64,000 nucleotides of DNA. It comes from a candidate division WOR-3 bacterium (GTDB taxonomy: Bacteria; Hydrothermota; Tepidihabitantia; Tepidihabitantales; Tepidihabitantaceae). Location of the stretch: assembly GCA_037441285.1 (NCBI GenBank), contig JBBISL010000003.1, positions 10,491-74,490 of the forward strand. The letters run 5' to 3'. The notes under the pieces were generated by a model. It was not told the origin of the DNA. It ran no database searches and saw only the letters and a list, made by a program, of their open reading frames with translations. This document shows, piece after piece, positions 1 to 9,896 of the stretch (position 1 is its first letter; each line of letters opens with the position of its first letter). The position numbers were made by a program, and so were the translations under genes.

Positions 1-164
1 GAGCAGAGCCGAAGGTGCTTGCGCGCCCGGGTGAGTGATTCTTCAATCTCCTGACTCATATCGGGGTTCTTAAGCAGATGGAATGCGATGCGCTGAGCGG
101 ACTTCTTGCCGATACCGGGGAGGCGGGAAAGAACAGTTATCAGTTTTTCCAGTGTTTGACTCAC
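1..164 (-). CDS. recR: Recombination protein RecR, N-terminal ~54 codons (runs off the window edge)
   Basis: Reverse strand from GTG at 164..162 translates VSQTLEKLITVLSRLPGIGKKSAQRIAFHLLKNP..., the canonical RecR N-terminal helix-hairpin-helix motif. The start overlaps the dnaX stop (GTGA). Confidence 0.75.
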   Translation of the reverse strand, partial: MSQTLEKLITVLSRLPGIGKKSAQRIAFHLLKNPDMSQEIEESLTRARKHLRLC

Positions 165-1657
165 TGTTCTTCAACCTCACCAAAATGTTTTTTGAGTTTA
201 TCTTTCAAGTGGTCAGGTTTGTTTTCTTCCCGGACAGAGGCGTTAAGACGAGTGGGTTTTCTTGTAATTTCGGAAAGTATCGAGTCGAGCAGTTTTTGGT
301 GTTTTTCGATCTGGAGGATTATGCCTTTCTGTTCGCGAGGGAAAGTTACTTTGAAGGTTGATGAGTCGTGGGCGGTTGGCGTGCCGAGTTTAAGAAGAGC
401 GGCCAGAGATGCTTTTTGAGTTGCAAGCCGGGAACACAGCTGGTAATAGACCTGCTCAAGTTCGTTGGCTGGGGGCGGATTGGGAAGCGTTGGGGATGGG
501 TCGTTCGTTTTTTCACGGGCACGGTGTTGATTTTGAGCTGTGGGTACGAGGTTTTCTCCCAGGAGTTTCAGCGACACAATTTCCAGCAGCAAGCGGGGAA
601 TCTGAGAATAACGAGCCGCCGTTTCGTTTTCACTTAACAGTTTGAGAATCTCCATAAGTTGTTCGCGGGAGAAGCGGGCGGCTTGTTTATTTATTCGGTC
701 GAGCTCTTCAGCGGAGAAGCCCGCCTCAGGTGGTAAGCCATTCAGCTTGGCGACAAGGAGGTTGCGGAAGTGGGTGACCGCACCAGCGTAAAACTCGATA
801 AAGTCGTAACCTGATGTAAAGAGCCGGTCGATGAACTCAAACAAGCCGCGGGCGTTTCCGTTTGCCAGTAGTTCAGCATATTCGAAGAAAAGGTTCGCCG
901 GGACAAGGCCAAGAAGCTCTTCCGCATGAGAAAGTTCAACCCCTTCGGGGCTATAGGTGGCGAGCTGTTCCAATAGTCCTTCAGCATCCCGGATTGCGCC
1001 ATCGGCGCGACGAGCAATAGCGGTCAATGCCTCCGGGCTGATTTTGATGTTTTCTCTTTCGGCAATCCAGGTGAGGCGCTGGACAATTTCCGCCGGGGTC
1101 GCTTTGCGAAAATCAAACCGCTGACAGCGTGAGGTAATGGTGGGAGGTACTTTGTGGGCGGCGGTCGTTGCCAGGATAAATTTCGCGTGGGCAGGTGGTT
1201 CTTCCAGCGTTTTTAGTAAAGCATTGAAGGCTTCAGTGGTCAGCATATGAACTTCGTCGATGATGTAAATTTTGTATCGGAGGCTGGCAGGAGAGTACTT
1301 TATGTTTTCTCGCAGTTCCCGGACCTGGTCGATGCCCCGATTGGAGGCACCGTCGATTTCCAGGACATCCATACTTCGGGATTCAGCGATTTCGACGCAA
1401 GCGGAACATTGGTTGCAGGGTGTGGTCGTTGGTTTGTCAAAGGAAAGACAGTTGAGACTTTTTGCCAGTATGCGAGCGGTCGTTGTTTTGCCGACGCCAC
1501 GCGGTCCACTGAAGAGATAGGCATTGGCAAGACGGTTGAGTTCAATGGCACGGGTCAGGGTGTTGCGGACATGGTCTTGAATCAGAAGTTCAGCGAAAGT
1601 CTGGGGCCGATACTTAAGGGTTAAAACTTTCCGAGTGAGCATTAAACGGTAACAAAT

Positions 1658-1681
<24 letters not shown>
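161..1681 (-). CDS. dnaX: DNA polymerase III subunit gamma/tau
   Basis: 506 aa with Walker A GPRGVGKTT and the AAA+ clamp-loader motifs. The conserved ffs-dnaX-recR neighbourhood is present. Confidence 0.9.
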
Positions 1682-1932
<251 letters not shown>

Positions 1933-1955
1933 AAAAAGCAATTCCCGGACAATCA

Positions 1956-2921
1956 TTAACGCATCAGTTGTGACGGCTGGGCAAATATGCCCCGGGTGTC
2001 AATGGTATCGGCCAAAATGCCGAGCGTAAGCATCCGGCTCGCGAGGGTCTGGATTCCGGGTTTGTTGATTTCGGCGATTTTCTGAAACAGTGGTAGACGA
2101 GCGCGGGAAGTGGTCGTGTCGTTACCGAAGAAGAATTGACTGAGTTTTTTCTTTACCTCGTTGGGTTGAGCATCAATACGGTCAACCGCCGCATCAAGTG
2201 CGATTTTGAGCCTGGTGCGCTGATTCTTCGTAGTTTTCTTCAAGAAGTCGGGGCTGAAACCAATCGCATAGGCGGGAAAGGGACTGGCGATATACTTTGT
2301 CGTCAGGGCATTCAGGGTATCGAATTTCGTAAAGTCAATCAGGGTTATGTATGGTTCAAGAACCCACACCGCATCAAACTCGCCGGCAGCGAGACGGGAG
2401 GGTAATGTTGCGAGCGGAACTTCGGTAAGTTTGACATTGGCCGGCAAGAGGTTAGCACTGGCAAGGAGGAGCGGGAGATAGTCACGCAGGACCGGTGGGT
2501 AACCAAGTCTTTTGTCTTTAAGGTCATTGACCGTTTTGATTTTCCCGTTTGCGGGTTTGGCGATTGCATCGACTGGTAAGGTGGGTCGGAATTCAACCGC
2601 CATAAACACCTTAAGGGTTTCCCCTTTAGCCACGATGCGTTTAAATACCGTACTCCAGGGGAAGATGCCGACATCGATGTTGCCGAGAAAGAGTTCATCA
2701 AGGGCTTTTTCCGGGTCGGAGTAGAATACCAATTCGGGGTCGATGCGGTTTTTACTAAACAGCGTATCCTGAACCGCAACGATGAAGGGTAACGCCGCAA
2801 CCGAACTGTCGCAGGCAAAACGAAGGTGCTGGGGCCGATTTTCCTGCAATTGGGGGTACAGGATTACACCGACCAGAACCAGACTAAGGACAATGATAAT
2901 TGCGGTTAAAAGTTTCGTCAT
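1956..2921 (-). CDS. Membrane-anchored periplasmic substrate-binding protein, NMT1/SsuA/TauA-like (ABC-type)
   Basis: 321 aa with an N-terminal transmembrane anchor and a weak resemblance to the NitT/TauT substrate-binding fold. No cognate permease or ATPase genes are adjacent. Confidence 0.4.
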   Translation of the reverse strand: MTKLLTAIIIVLSLVLVGVILYPQLQENRPQHLRFACDSSVAALPFIVAVQDTLFSKNRIDPELVFYSDPEKALDELFLGNIDVGIFPWSTVFKRIVAKGETLKVFMAVEFRPTLPVDAIAKPANGKIKTVNDLKDKRLGYPPVLRDYLPLLLASANLLPANVKLTEVPLATLPSRLAAGEFDAVWVLEPYITLIDFTKFDTLNALTTKYIASPFPAYAIGFSPDFLKKTTKNQRTRLKIALDAAVDRIDAQPNEVKKKLSQFFFGNDTTTSRARLPLFQKIAEINKPGIQTLASRMLTLGILADTIDTRGIFAQPSQLMR

Positions 2922-2930
2922 CTTTTCTCC

Positions 2931-4577
2931 TTATTTGCTCAATTTTTTATACATCTCGTAAGCCCAGGCCGCCTTTTCTTTGTTGCCGGTTTCCCGATAG
3001 CAGTGAACGAGATTGAGGTAGGCTTCGGCGTTTTTGGGGTTGATTTTTGTTGTCATTATCAGATTGGGAATCGCCTGATTAAGTACCGATTTTCCCAGTT
3101 CTGCCCGAGAGGCTTCAATCTGGGCAAGGCCAAAGCCGGTTAGACTTATGCCGTAGAGGAGGTAGATGTTTTCCAGCTGGACCGGGCTTTCAACACTTAA
3201 AAACATCCCGGCGGTATCAGAAGGGCTCAAAGGGAATTCCTTTTGTTCCCTTTTGTCCGGGAAGTAGAACCAGGCGTAACTACCACCACGGTAGCCAAGG
3301 GTGAAAAGTGTACTGTCAACAATTGCGAGGAAGTCACCGGTGAGTTGGAGATAACCGGTTTTTGCCGCCTCGGGCGAGATTTGCGAGACGAGTTGAGTAA
3401 TTAAATTTTGCGGTAGTACCGTGAGCGGAACAATTGTTCCGGCAATAACCCGGGAAAAGGTGGCGGCAGCAAGGCTGTCATTGCGACCCTGGTACTGGGC
3501 GATACCAAGGTTGAACATCGTCGTAAAGTCAAACCGGTCGTATAGTAGCGCCTGGGCGAAAAGAGATTCTGCTAAGGCTCGATATCTCTCGGCGGTATCC
3601 CGTTTGGCTTCGGCTGATGCCCGGAGCAAGGCGGTACCGAGCCGGGCGGAAGTAACATTGAGATTGTTCTCGGCATAAAAAAGCCGTGAAGTAATCTGGG
3701 CAAACCTTTCCAGTTGCTTACCACCCTGCAACTCCTTTTCGATGTAGCGCTTCAGCTCTTCGGGCGGGAAAAATCGCTGTTTTTCGACCAGTTGTTCGGC
3801 AACCGAACGGATGCGGCTGGTATCGGTGGTTTTAAGAAGGTTACCCAGTTCGGTGATGGCGCTATCAAGTCGGGCACGATAAATCTTCAACGCCTCACCG
3901 TAATAATAATAGACCGAGTCCCAGCGGGCCCGCTTTGCCTGGGGTGTTGTCCAGGCACTGTCCGGTTTCTGGAAGAAATAAAGCCCAATGAGTGAGTAGG
4001 CTTCGGCGCTGGCGGTGTTGAGGGCAAGCATTTGCCGGGCGGTGGTAAGCATATCTTCGTACTTACCCATTGTGCTGTAGGAGTTGGCGATGAGCGAATA
4101 GGGCTGAGAGCGGTCCGGGTGAATTTTAAGGGCGGCACGGGCATAGGTTATTGCCTTCTCATAATCGCCTGCGGTGTAATTGCCCCGGCTGGCGGTAATA
4201 AAAGCGGTCCAGACCCAGTACTCCTGCTGTTCGTCGTTGCGAATCGTGGTGACGAGCTGGGAGTCGTTTTCAATCGCTTTGAGGAAGTGGTCAGCGGCGG
4301 GTGTGAGCCGGTTTAACTGGGCTTCGCACAACCCGAGCCAGAGATGGATATTGGCGAGGGTAGAGTTGTCAACGGTGGTGCCGTACTGGTCAAGCGCCTT
4401 CTCAAACTGTTCGCGGGCGCGTTCATAGCGGCCACCTTGATAATGGATGCGTCCTCCTCTTAACAGGGCGTCGAGCGGTACATTCTGGGCGCTGACGACC
4501 GCACTTAGGACGGCAAGCAGTATTGCGAACCGACGAAAAGTTAACATTTTTATCCTCCTGAGATTTTGTCTAAACAA
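2931..4577 (-). CDS. Secreted tetratricopeptide-repeat protein
   Basis: 548 aa with a signal peptide (AILLAVLSAVVSAQN) and multiple TPR-like helical repeats rich in A, L and Y. Confidence 0.6.
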   Translation of the reverse strand: MFRQNLRRIKMLTFRRFAILLAVLSAVVSAQNVPLDALLRGGRIHYQGGRYERAREQFEKALDQYGTTVDNSTLANIHLWLGLCEAQLNRLTPAADHFLKAIENDSQLVTTIRNDEQQEYWVWTAFITASRGNYTAGDYEKAITYARAALKIHPDRSQPYSLIANSYSTMGKYEDMLTTARQMLALNTASAEAYSLIGLYFFQKPDSAWTTPQAKRARWDSVYYYYGEALKIYRARLDSAITELGNLLKTTDTSRIRSVAEQLVEKQRFFPPEELKRYIEKELQGGKQLERFAQITSRLFYAENNLNVTSARLGTALLRASAEAKRDTAERYRALAESLFAQALLYDRFDFTTMFNLGIAQYQGRNDSLAAATFSRVIAGTIVPLTVLPQNLITQLVSQISPEAAKTGYLQLTGDFLAIVDSTLFTLGYRGGSYAWFYFPDKREQKEFPLSPSDTAGMFLSVESPVQLENIYLLYGISLTGFGLAQIEASRAELGKSVLNQAIPNLIMTTKINPKNAEAYLNLVHCYRETGNKEKAAWAYEMYKKLSK

Positions 4578-4604
4578 AAAATCATAACCATTTTGTTTTG
4601 ACTG

Positions 4605-5345
4605 TCAAACATCGTCCGGGAATTGGTGGTAATGAGCCTTTTGCCCGGGCAGGTATTCGGGTTTTAAATTGTGGATGCCCCAGAAGATGTTGGTTTTGAT
4701 GCGGGGGTCGGTGCGGGCAAGACGGTTAAGAATGCGGCGGATGAGCATACGCCTGCTCTTTGTTCCGTACGGACAGCGATTGCGCACTGGGCGGAGCGCA
4801 GCGGCGTTGAGTCGGGTGCGGATAAGCTCTTCGGTGAAGTAGTAGAGGGGACGAATAACAACAAGCCGGCCGGAAAAGAGTGGTTGGCGGGGTAGAATCG
4901 TTCGTGCCGATGATGTGAAGAAGAGGTTTAACAAAAAGGTCTCATTGACATCTTCGAGATGGTGACCCAGCGCCACTTTATGGCAGCCCAGTTCAACTGC
5001 CGAAGAAAAGAGCGCCTTGCGCCGCTCATGGGCGCAGAAAAAGCAGGAGTCGGTTTTTGTTGCCTGAAGTTTTGCCGGGACATTGACCGTTTTGACCGTA
5101 CAGGTAAGCCCAAACCGCTGGCAGATTGCCTCAATACGCTCGGTTTTCCAGCCGGGGAATCCGGGATTGATGTGGATGGGATAAATCTGCCAGTTTTTTT
5201 GATGGCGGCGATTGTATTCCCAGAGGGTTAAAAGTAAACACAGGCTGTCGGTGCCGCCGGAAAGCCCGACCGCAACTTTTTCATTTTCCTCGATGAGTTG
5301 ATTCGGGGTCAGTGCCGCCCGGAGAAGCCGTTCAGAACGGTGCAT
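4605..5345 (-). CDS. ttcA: PP-loop ATPase, TtcA-like tRNA 2-thiocytidine synthetase family
   Basis: Contains SGGTDS (PP-loop), CFFCAHERRKAL (compare TtcA CSLCSRLRRGIL), ALGHHLED and IRPL motifs. Confidence 0.6.
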   Translation of the reverse strand: MHRSERLLRAALTPNQLIEENEKVAVGLSGGTDSLCLLLTLWEYNRRHQKNWQIYPIHINPGFPGWKTERIEAICQRFGLTCTVKTVNVPAKLQATKTDSCFFCAHERRKALFSSAVELGCHKVALGHHLEDVNETFLLNLFFTSSARTILPRQPLFSGRLVVIRPLYYFTEELIRTRLNAAALRPVRNRCPYGTKSRRMLIRRILNRLARTDPRIKTNIFWGIHNLKPEYLPGQKAHYHQFPDDV

Positions 5346-5360
5346 TTTTAAACGGTGGGT

Positions 5361-6806
5361 TCAGTCTTCGGGTAGCACAACTTCCGGGAATTCGCGCAAC
5401 TGTTCATAAAACAGTTGCCTGATTTCTTTGAGCCTTTCCGGGGTTTTGGCTTCAAAGCGCAAAACGAGAATTGGCTGGGTGTTGGAGGCGCGGACCAGAC
5501 CCCAGCCATCCGGAAATACCACCCGTACCCCGTCGATGTCAATTGTTTCAAACCGGCTGCGGAAATACTCTTTCAATGCCGCCACCACATCAAATTTCCG
5601 CTGGTCGGCACCCGGGCTTTCGATTTTTACTCGGATTTCGGGTGTGGCGTAGTAGTAGGGAATCTCCGCCGTCAGTTCGGATAGCCGTTTTCCCGAATTA
5701 GCGAGGAGTTGTAGCAACCGCAGGGAGGCGAAGATGGCGTCGTCATAGCCGTAGTAGTCGTCGGCAAAGAACATATGGCCCGACATCTCACCGGCAATCA
5801 GGGCACCTTCTGATTTCATCTTTGCTTTGATCAAGGAGTGTCCCGTTTTCCACATTATTGGTACACCGCCCAGTTTTTTGATGTATTCCACCAGCCCCTG
5901 AGAGCATTTGACTTCAAACACAATCTTTGCTCCGGGCTGTCGGGCAAGAATCTCCCGGGCAAAAAGTGCCAGGAGCCGGTCGCCATAAATGGTGGCACCG
6001 GTTTCGTCGATGACACCGATTCGGTCGGCATCACCATCGTAGCCGATGCCGCAATCGGCGTTGGTTTCTTTAACCAGGTTGATCGCCTGTTCAAGATACG
6101 CCGGCACAGTCGGATCTGGTATGTGACCGGGAAAGTTGCCGTCGGGTGTTAAGTTGATAAATATCGGCTGGACCGGGGTTTTTGCCAGGAGTCTCTCGAG
6201 GAGGACACCGGCGGTGCCGTTGCCCGGGTCAAAAACCACCTTGAGCGGTTTGGGGATTTTTACTTTCGACAAACACATTGCAATGTAAGGCTCAATCACA
6301 TCGCATTTGCCCAGTTTGCCTTTTCCAATGGCAAATTTGCCCTCTTCGCCAATTTGTCGCAGCATTTGAATTTCTTCACCGTAAATGGTGGTTTTGTACA
6401 TTCCGATTTTAAAGCCGTTTTCATCCGGCGGGTTGTGGCTGGCGGTAATCATAATGCCGGCGTCGATATTGAGATGGAAAAAAGAGAAGTAAAATACCGG
6501 TGTGGGAACAACGCCAATCTGTACCACATCAACACCGGTGGCAAGCAACCCTTCGGTTAGCGCTTTCTCAATTCTTGGTCCGGATAGTCGCACATCCCTG
6601 CCGAGGATACATTGGTAGACACCTTTCTGCTGGATGTAGGTGCCGAACGCCTGAGCCAGACGGTAAACAACATTGTCCGAAAGGTCGGTTGCCGCCTTGC
6701 CCCGGATATCGTACTCACGAAAGATTGCCGGATTGAACATCAAGGCAATATTAGCAAAAATTTGTTTTTCAGGCAAAAAAAACGGGGGCGAGTCAATCGC
6801 CCCCAA
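5361..6806 (-). CDS. Phosphomannomutase/phosphoglucomutase (alpha-D-phosphohexomutase family)
   Basis: 481 aa with the active-site phosphoserine loop TASHNPPDENGFK and the metal-binding DGDADR loop. Confidence 0.8.
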   Translation of the reverse strand: MGAIDSPPFFLPEKQIFANIALMFNPAIFREYDIRGKAATDLSDNVVYRLAQAFGTYIQQKGVYQCILGRDVRLSGPRIEKALTEGLLATGVDVVQIGVVPTPVFYFSFFHLNIDAGIMITASHNPPDENGFKIGMYKTTIYGEEIQMLRQIGEEGKFAIGKGKLGKCDVIEPYIAMCLSKVKIPKPLKVVFDPGNGTAGVLLERLLAKTPVQPIFINLTPDGNFPGHIPDPTVPAYLEQAINLVKETNADCGIGYDGDADRIGVIDETGATIYGDRLLALFAREILARQPGAKIVFEVKCSQGLVEYIKKLGGVPIMWKTGHSLIKAKMKSEGALIAGEMSGHMFFADDYYGYDDAIFASLRLLQLLANSGKRLSELTAEIPYYYATPEIRVKIESPGADQRKFDVVAALKEYFRSRFETIDIDGVRVVFPDGWGLVRASNTQPILVLRFEAKTPERLKEIRQLFYEQLREFPEVVLPED

Positions 6807-6821
6807 AGGTGTTATCAGGTT

Positions 6822-7154
6822 TTATTCGCCGTAAACGTAAATCGTGTAGGTTGACCACAAGCCGAGGATGCTGGTTACTTCCTGGTCAATATGGTGAACC
6901 TTTTTGATTCCACTTTCGCGCATTGCCGCTTCAAGGCTGGCATCGCCGGTGGCAATGAGTCCGAGGATGTTGGTCGCGGTCACCTTTGCCACTTTGGCAT
7001 TACTTGTTGCCTGCGGACCATAATAGGCGACTGCCGATGCCGGTGTCTTTACCGAAGTGTAAAGTGCTCCCACAGTGTAGAATCCCGGGATACATCCGGT
7101 CATCATTGTTAGGCAGACAAGCGGGATGATACCGAGTAGCAGCGCTTTTTTCAT
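6822..7154 (-). CDS. Small lipoprotein (TRL-like family candidate)
   Basis: 110 aa with a signal peptide and lipobox LTMMTGC. The family assignment is tentative. Confidence 0.45.
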   Translation of the reverse strand: MKKALLLGIIPLVCLTMMTGCIPGFYTVGALYTSVKTPASAVAYYGPQATSNAKVAKVTATNILGLIATGDASLEAAMRESGIKKVHHIDQEVTSILGLWSTYTIYVYGE

Positions 7155-7326
7155 TACTACCTCCTTTTTGGTTTGGCTATGCTGCTTTGGCTTCTCATGC
7201 CGTAACTAATTTAATATGAAAATGTTAAATGTCAAGGAAAAAATAGATGGGGCGATGGTAATCTGTTTCTGTCGGGGATAGTCCCAGAAGCAGGTGCGCG
7301 GTGGTTGACAGCGGGGTTTGTTTTAT

Positions 7327-7432
7327 AGTTATTGCTCCCCGGCTTGTGGTAATTGCAGGTAAAATAGGCGCCGCAATTCGATTTTTTCCCACAGCCGGTT
7401 GCACAAAAATTATACCGGGGAGCAGTGATTGG
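7327..7432. repeat. About 100 bp imperfect long hairpin (nested inverted repeats) in the intergenic region
   Basis: TTGCTCCCCGG...CCGGGGAGCAG forms the outer stem, CCGGCTTGTGG/CCACAGCCGG the inner stem, and there is an AATTGC/GCAATT pair. Confidence 0.35.
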
Positions 7433-7679
7433 GTTGTTTAAACTGCGGAGAAGGGGATTAGGGAAAATGGTTAGCGAGTTAACAGGCTAAATTTCAATAA
7501 GATAACATAATGTGTTAACAATCTCAGGGTTTTAAAAATGGGGTCAGGTGGGGTGGAGGAAAGGGTTCGGTAAGTGACTCAGGGATTCGTTCCCCCAACG
7601 GTTCGGTGAGTCGTATCGGGGTGAATGCTTTGTTGGGTAGTAACTAACGAGTGGGTGGTTTTCTTGGGGTGTTGTGAGA

Positions 7680-9758
7680 CTATTTTCTTGTTTCTCCAAA
7701 CAGGGGGTAGAGTTTGATTTTAGTTTCTTCATCTACCGGGCTAAACCGCTTGAACTGCATTGAGTGGCTGGCGCGACCCTGGGTGAGGGAGCGCAGGCTG
7801 GTGGCGTAGCCAAAAGTTTTGGAAAGTGGTATCTCAGCGGTGATAATCTGGTGACCTTTAACCGCCTCGAGGTGGATGATTCTGCCCCCGCGGGCGTTGA
7901 TGTCAGCAAGAACCGTACCGAGGTACTGCTCCGGGGTCACCACTTCCAGTTCCATTATCGGTTCCAAAAATGTCGGCTGGGCAGCGAGGAATGCTTCACG
8001 AAATGCCTGCGCTGCCGCCACTTTGAAGTCAACATCCGAAGAGTCCACCTCGTGATAGGCACCGTCAATGATGTGGACCCGGGTGTTAATTACCGGATAA
8101 CCGGCAAGGACACCGGTTTCAAAACATTCTGCCACCGCCTGTTCAATGGGCGGGATAAACTGTTTTGGGATTGTGCCTTCCCGAATTTCGTTGACAACCC
8201 AGTTGCCATCGAGTGCTGGTTCGAGCGCCAGTTTGACTATTGCAAAGTGGCCCCGGCCTCCGGTCTGACGGATAAATCTACCTTCGGCAGGGGCGGTGGT
8301 TGTTATTGTTTCCCGGTAAGAAACCTGAGGTTTACCCGGGTGCACGGCAACCCCGTAGTCACGCTGCAGCCGGTCGAGCAGAATTTCGAGATGGAGTTCG
8401 CCCATTCCCGAGAGGATTAACTGGCCGGTCTCTTCGTCGGTGCGGATTTTGAAGGTTGGGTCTTCAAGCGCCATTGTTTGCAGGGCAGTTTGCAGTTTTT
8501 CGTCATCGGCTCGGGTTCGGGGTTCGATGGCGAGAAATACCACCGGCTCCGGTGCTTTGATTGGTTCGAAGGCGATGGGATGGGCAAGGTCGCAGAGCGT
8601 CTGTCCGGTGCGACTTTCCTTTAATCCGATGACAACACCGATTTCACCCGCGGAAAGGGAGTCAACCTCTTCGTAGCGATTGGCGTGGGCGAGTGCCAGA
8701 CGCTGAACCCGCAACCGTTTCATCTCGGGAACAGCAAACACAACATCACCGGTCTCAACCTTTCCGGAATATACCCGGATGTAGGAAAGCATCCCGCGCT
8801 GGGGGTCAAAGGCAAGTTTGAAAATCAAGCCGGAGAAAGGGGCTTTCGGGTCCGGGGGCCTGGACTCCTCTTTCTGGGTTTTGGGGTTGATGCCTTTTAC
8901 CGGAGGGATATCAACGGGTGAGGGCAGATATTCGACAATGCCGTCGAGGAGTTTCTGGATACCTTTATTGCGAAAGGCGGCGCCACAGAAGACGGGAACG
9001 ATGCGTCGTTCGATGGTTCCACGCCGGATGGCGTGCTTCAACTCTTCAGGTGTCGGTTCGGTGCCGCTGAGGTATCGGTCCAAGAGGGTTTCATCAAATG
9101 TCGTGAGGACATCGAGAAGCCGGTGGCGGTATTCGGCAACCAGTTTTTGGTACTCAGCGGGGATGGGTGCGGTGTCGAAAGTGGCGCCGAGGTCTTCGGA
9201 GCGCCAGACACAGGCTTCTTGAGTTATCAGGTCAATGACGCCGACAAATTGGTCTTCGACCCCGATGGGAAGTTGCACCGGCAGCGGGGTTTGCTCAAAC
9301 TTCTCTTCCATCATTTTTATCACCCGATAGAAGTCGGCACCAAGCCGGTCGAGTTTGTTGACAAAGGCGATGCGTGGCACCTGGTAACGGTCGGCCTGCC
9401 GCCACACCGTTTCGGTCTGCGGCTCCACGCCGCCCACGCCGCAGAGGACGATGATGGCGCCATCCAGAACCTTTAAGGAACGCTCAACCTCAATGGTAAA
9501 ATCAACATGACCCGGGGTGTCGATGATGTTGATACGATGGTTCAGCCATTGAACGCTGGTCGCAGCGGCGGTGATGGTGATGCCCCTTTCCCGTTCTTGC
9601 GTCATCCAATCCATCTGGGTCGTGCCTTCGTCGATTTCGCCCATCCGATGAATGCGGCCGGTGTAGTAGAGGATGCGTTCGGTGGTGGTGGTCTTGCCGG
9701 CGTCGATGTGCGCCGCAATGCCGATGTTGCGAATTCGTTTAAGGTCGTAGTCGGACAT
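7680..9758 (-). CDS. fusA: Elongation factor G (stand-alone copy, not in an rpsL-rpsG-fusA-tuf context)
   Basis: 692 aa with the GTPase motifs [17 protein letters not shown] and NKLD, and full EF-G domain order. Confidence 0.9.
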   Translation of the reverse strand: MSDYDLKRIRNIGIAAHIDAGKTTTTERILYYTGRIHRMGEIDEGTTQMDWMTQERERGITITAAATSVQWLNHRINIIDTPGHVDFTIEVERSLKVLDGAIIVLCGVGGVEPQTETVWRQADRYQVPRIAFVNKLDRLGADFYRVIKMMEEKFEQTPLPVQLPIGVEDQFVGVIDLITQEACVWRSEDLGATFDTAPIPAEYQKLVAEYRHRLLDVLTTFDETLLDRYLSGTEPTPEELKHAIRRGTIERRIVPVFCGAAFRNKGIQKLLDGIVEYLPSPVDIPPVKGINPKTQKEESRPPDPKAPFSGLIFKLAFDPQRGMLSYIRVYSGKVETGDVVFAVPEMKRLRVQRLALAHANRYEEVDSLSAGEIGVVIGLKESRTGQTLCDLAHPIAFEPIKAPEPVVFLAIEPRTRADDEKLQTALQTMALEDPTFKIRTDEETGQLILSGMGELHLEILLDRLQRDYGVAVHPGKPQVSYRETITTTAPAEGRFIRQTGGRGHFAIVKLALEPALDGNWVVNEIREGTIPKQFIPPIEQAVAECFETGVLAGYPVINTRVHIIDGAYHEVDSSDVDFKVAAAQAFREAFLAAQPTFLEPIMELEVVTPEQYLGTVLADINARGGRIIHLEAVKGHQIITAEIPLSKTFGYATSLRSLTQGRASHSMQFKRFSPVDEETKIKLYPLFGETRK

Positions 9759-9855
9759 AGATAAAAAGTAATGCTAACATTAAGAAGAGAGGTGTCAAGC
9801 GGAAAAGCGGGATTAGTCGCCAGGGACAAAGAGTGGAGAGAAACCGGGCGGTTTT

Positions 9856-9883
9856 CTTGACTTTGATGCTGTCCGGTTTAATA
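9856..9883 (+). promoter_or_regulatory. Sigma-70-like promoter upstream of the radical SAM gene
   Basis: TTGACT at 9856-9861, a 16-nt spacer, then TAATAT at 9878-9883. Confidence 0.45.
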
Positions 9884-9896
9884 TGGTGAACGGACA

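Noticed and set aside
7544-7732. 62-aa minus-strand ORF overlapping the fusA 3' end
   Set aside because: It overlaps a well-supported gene and has no recognisable features.
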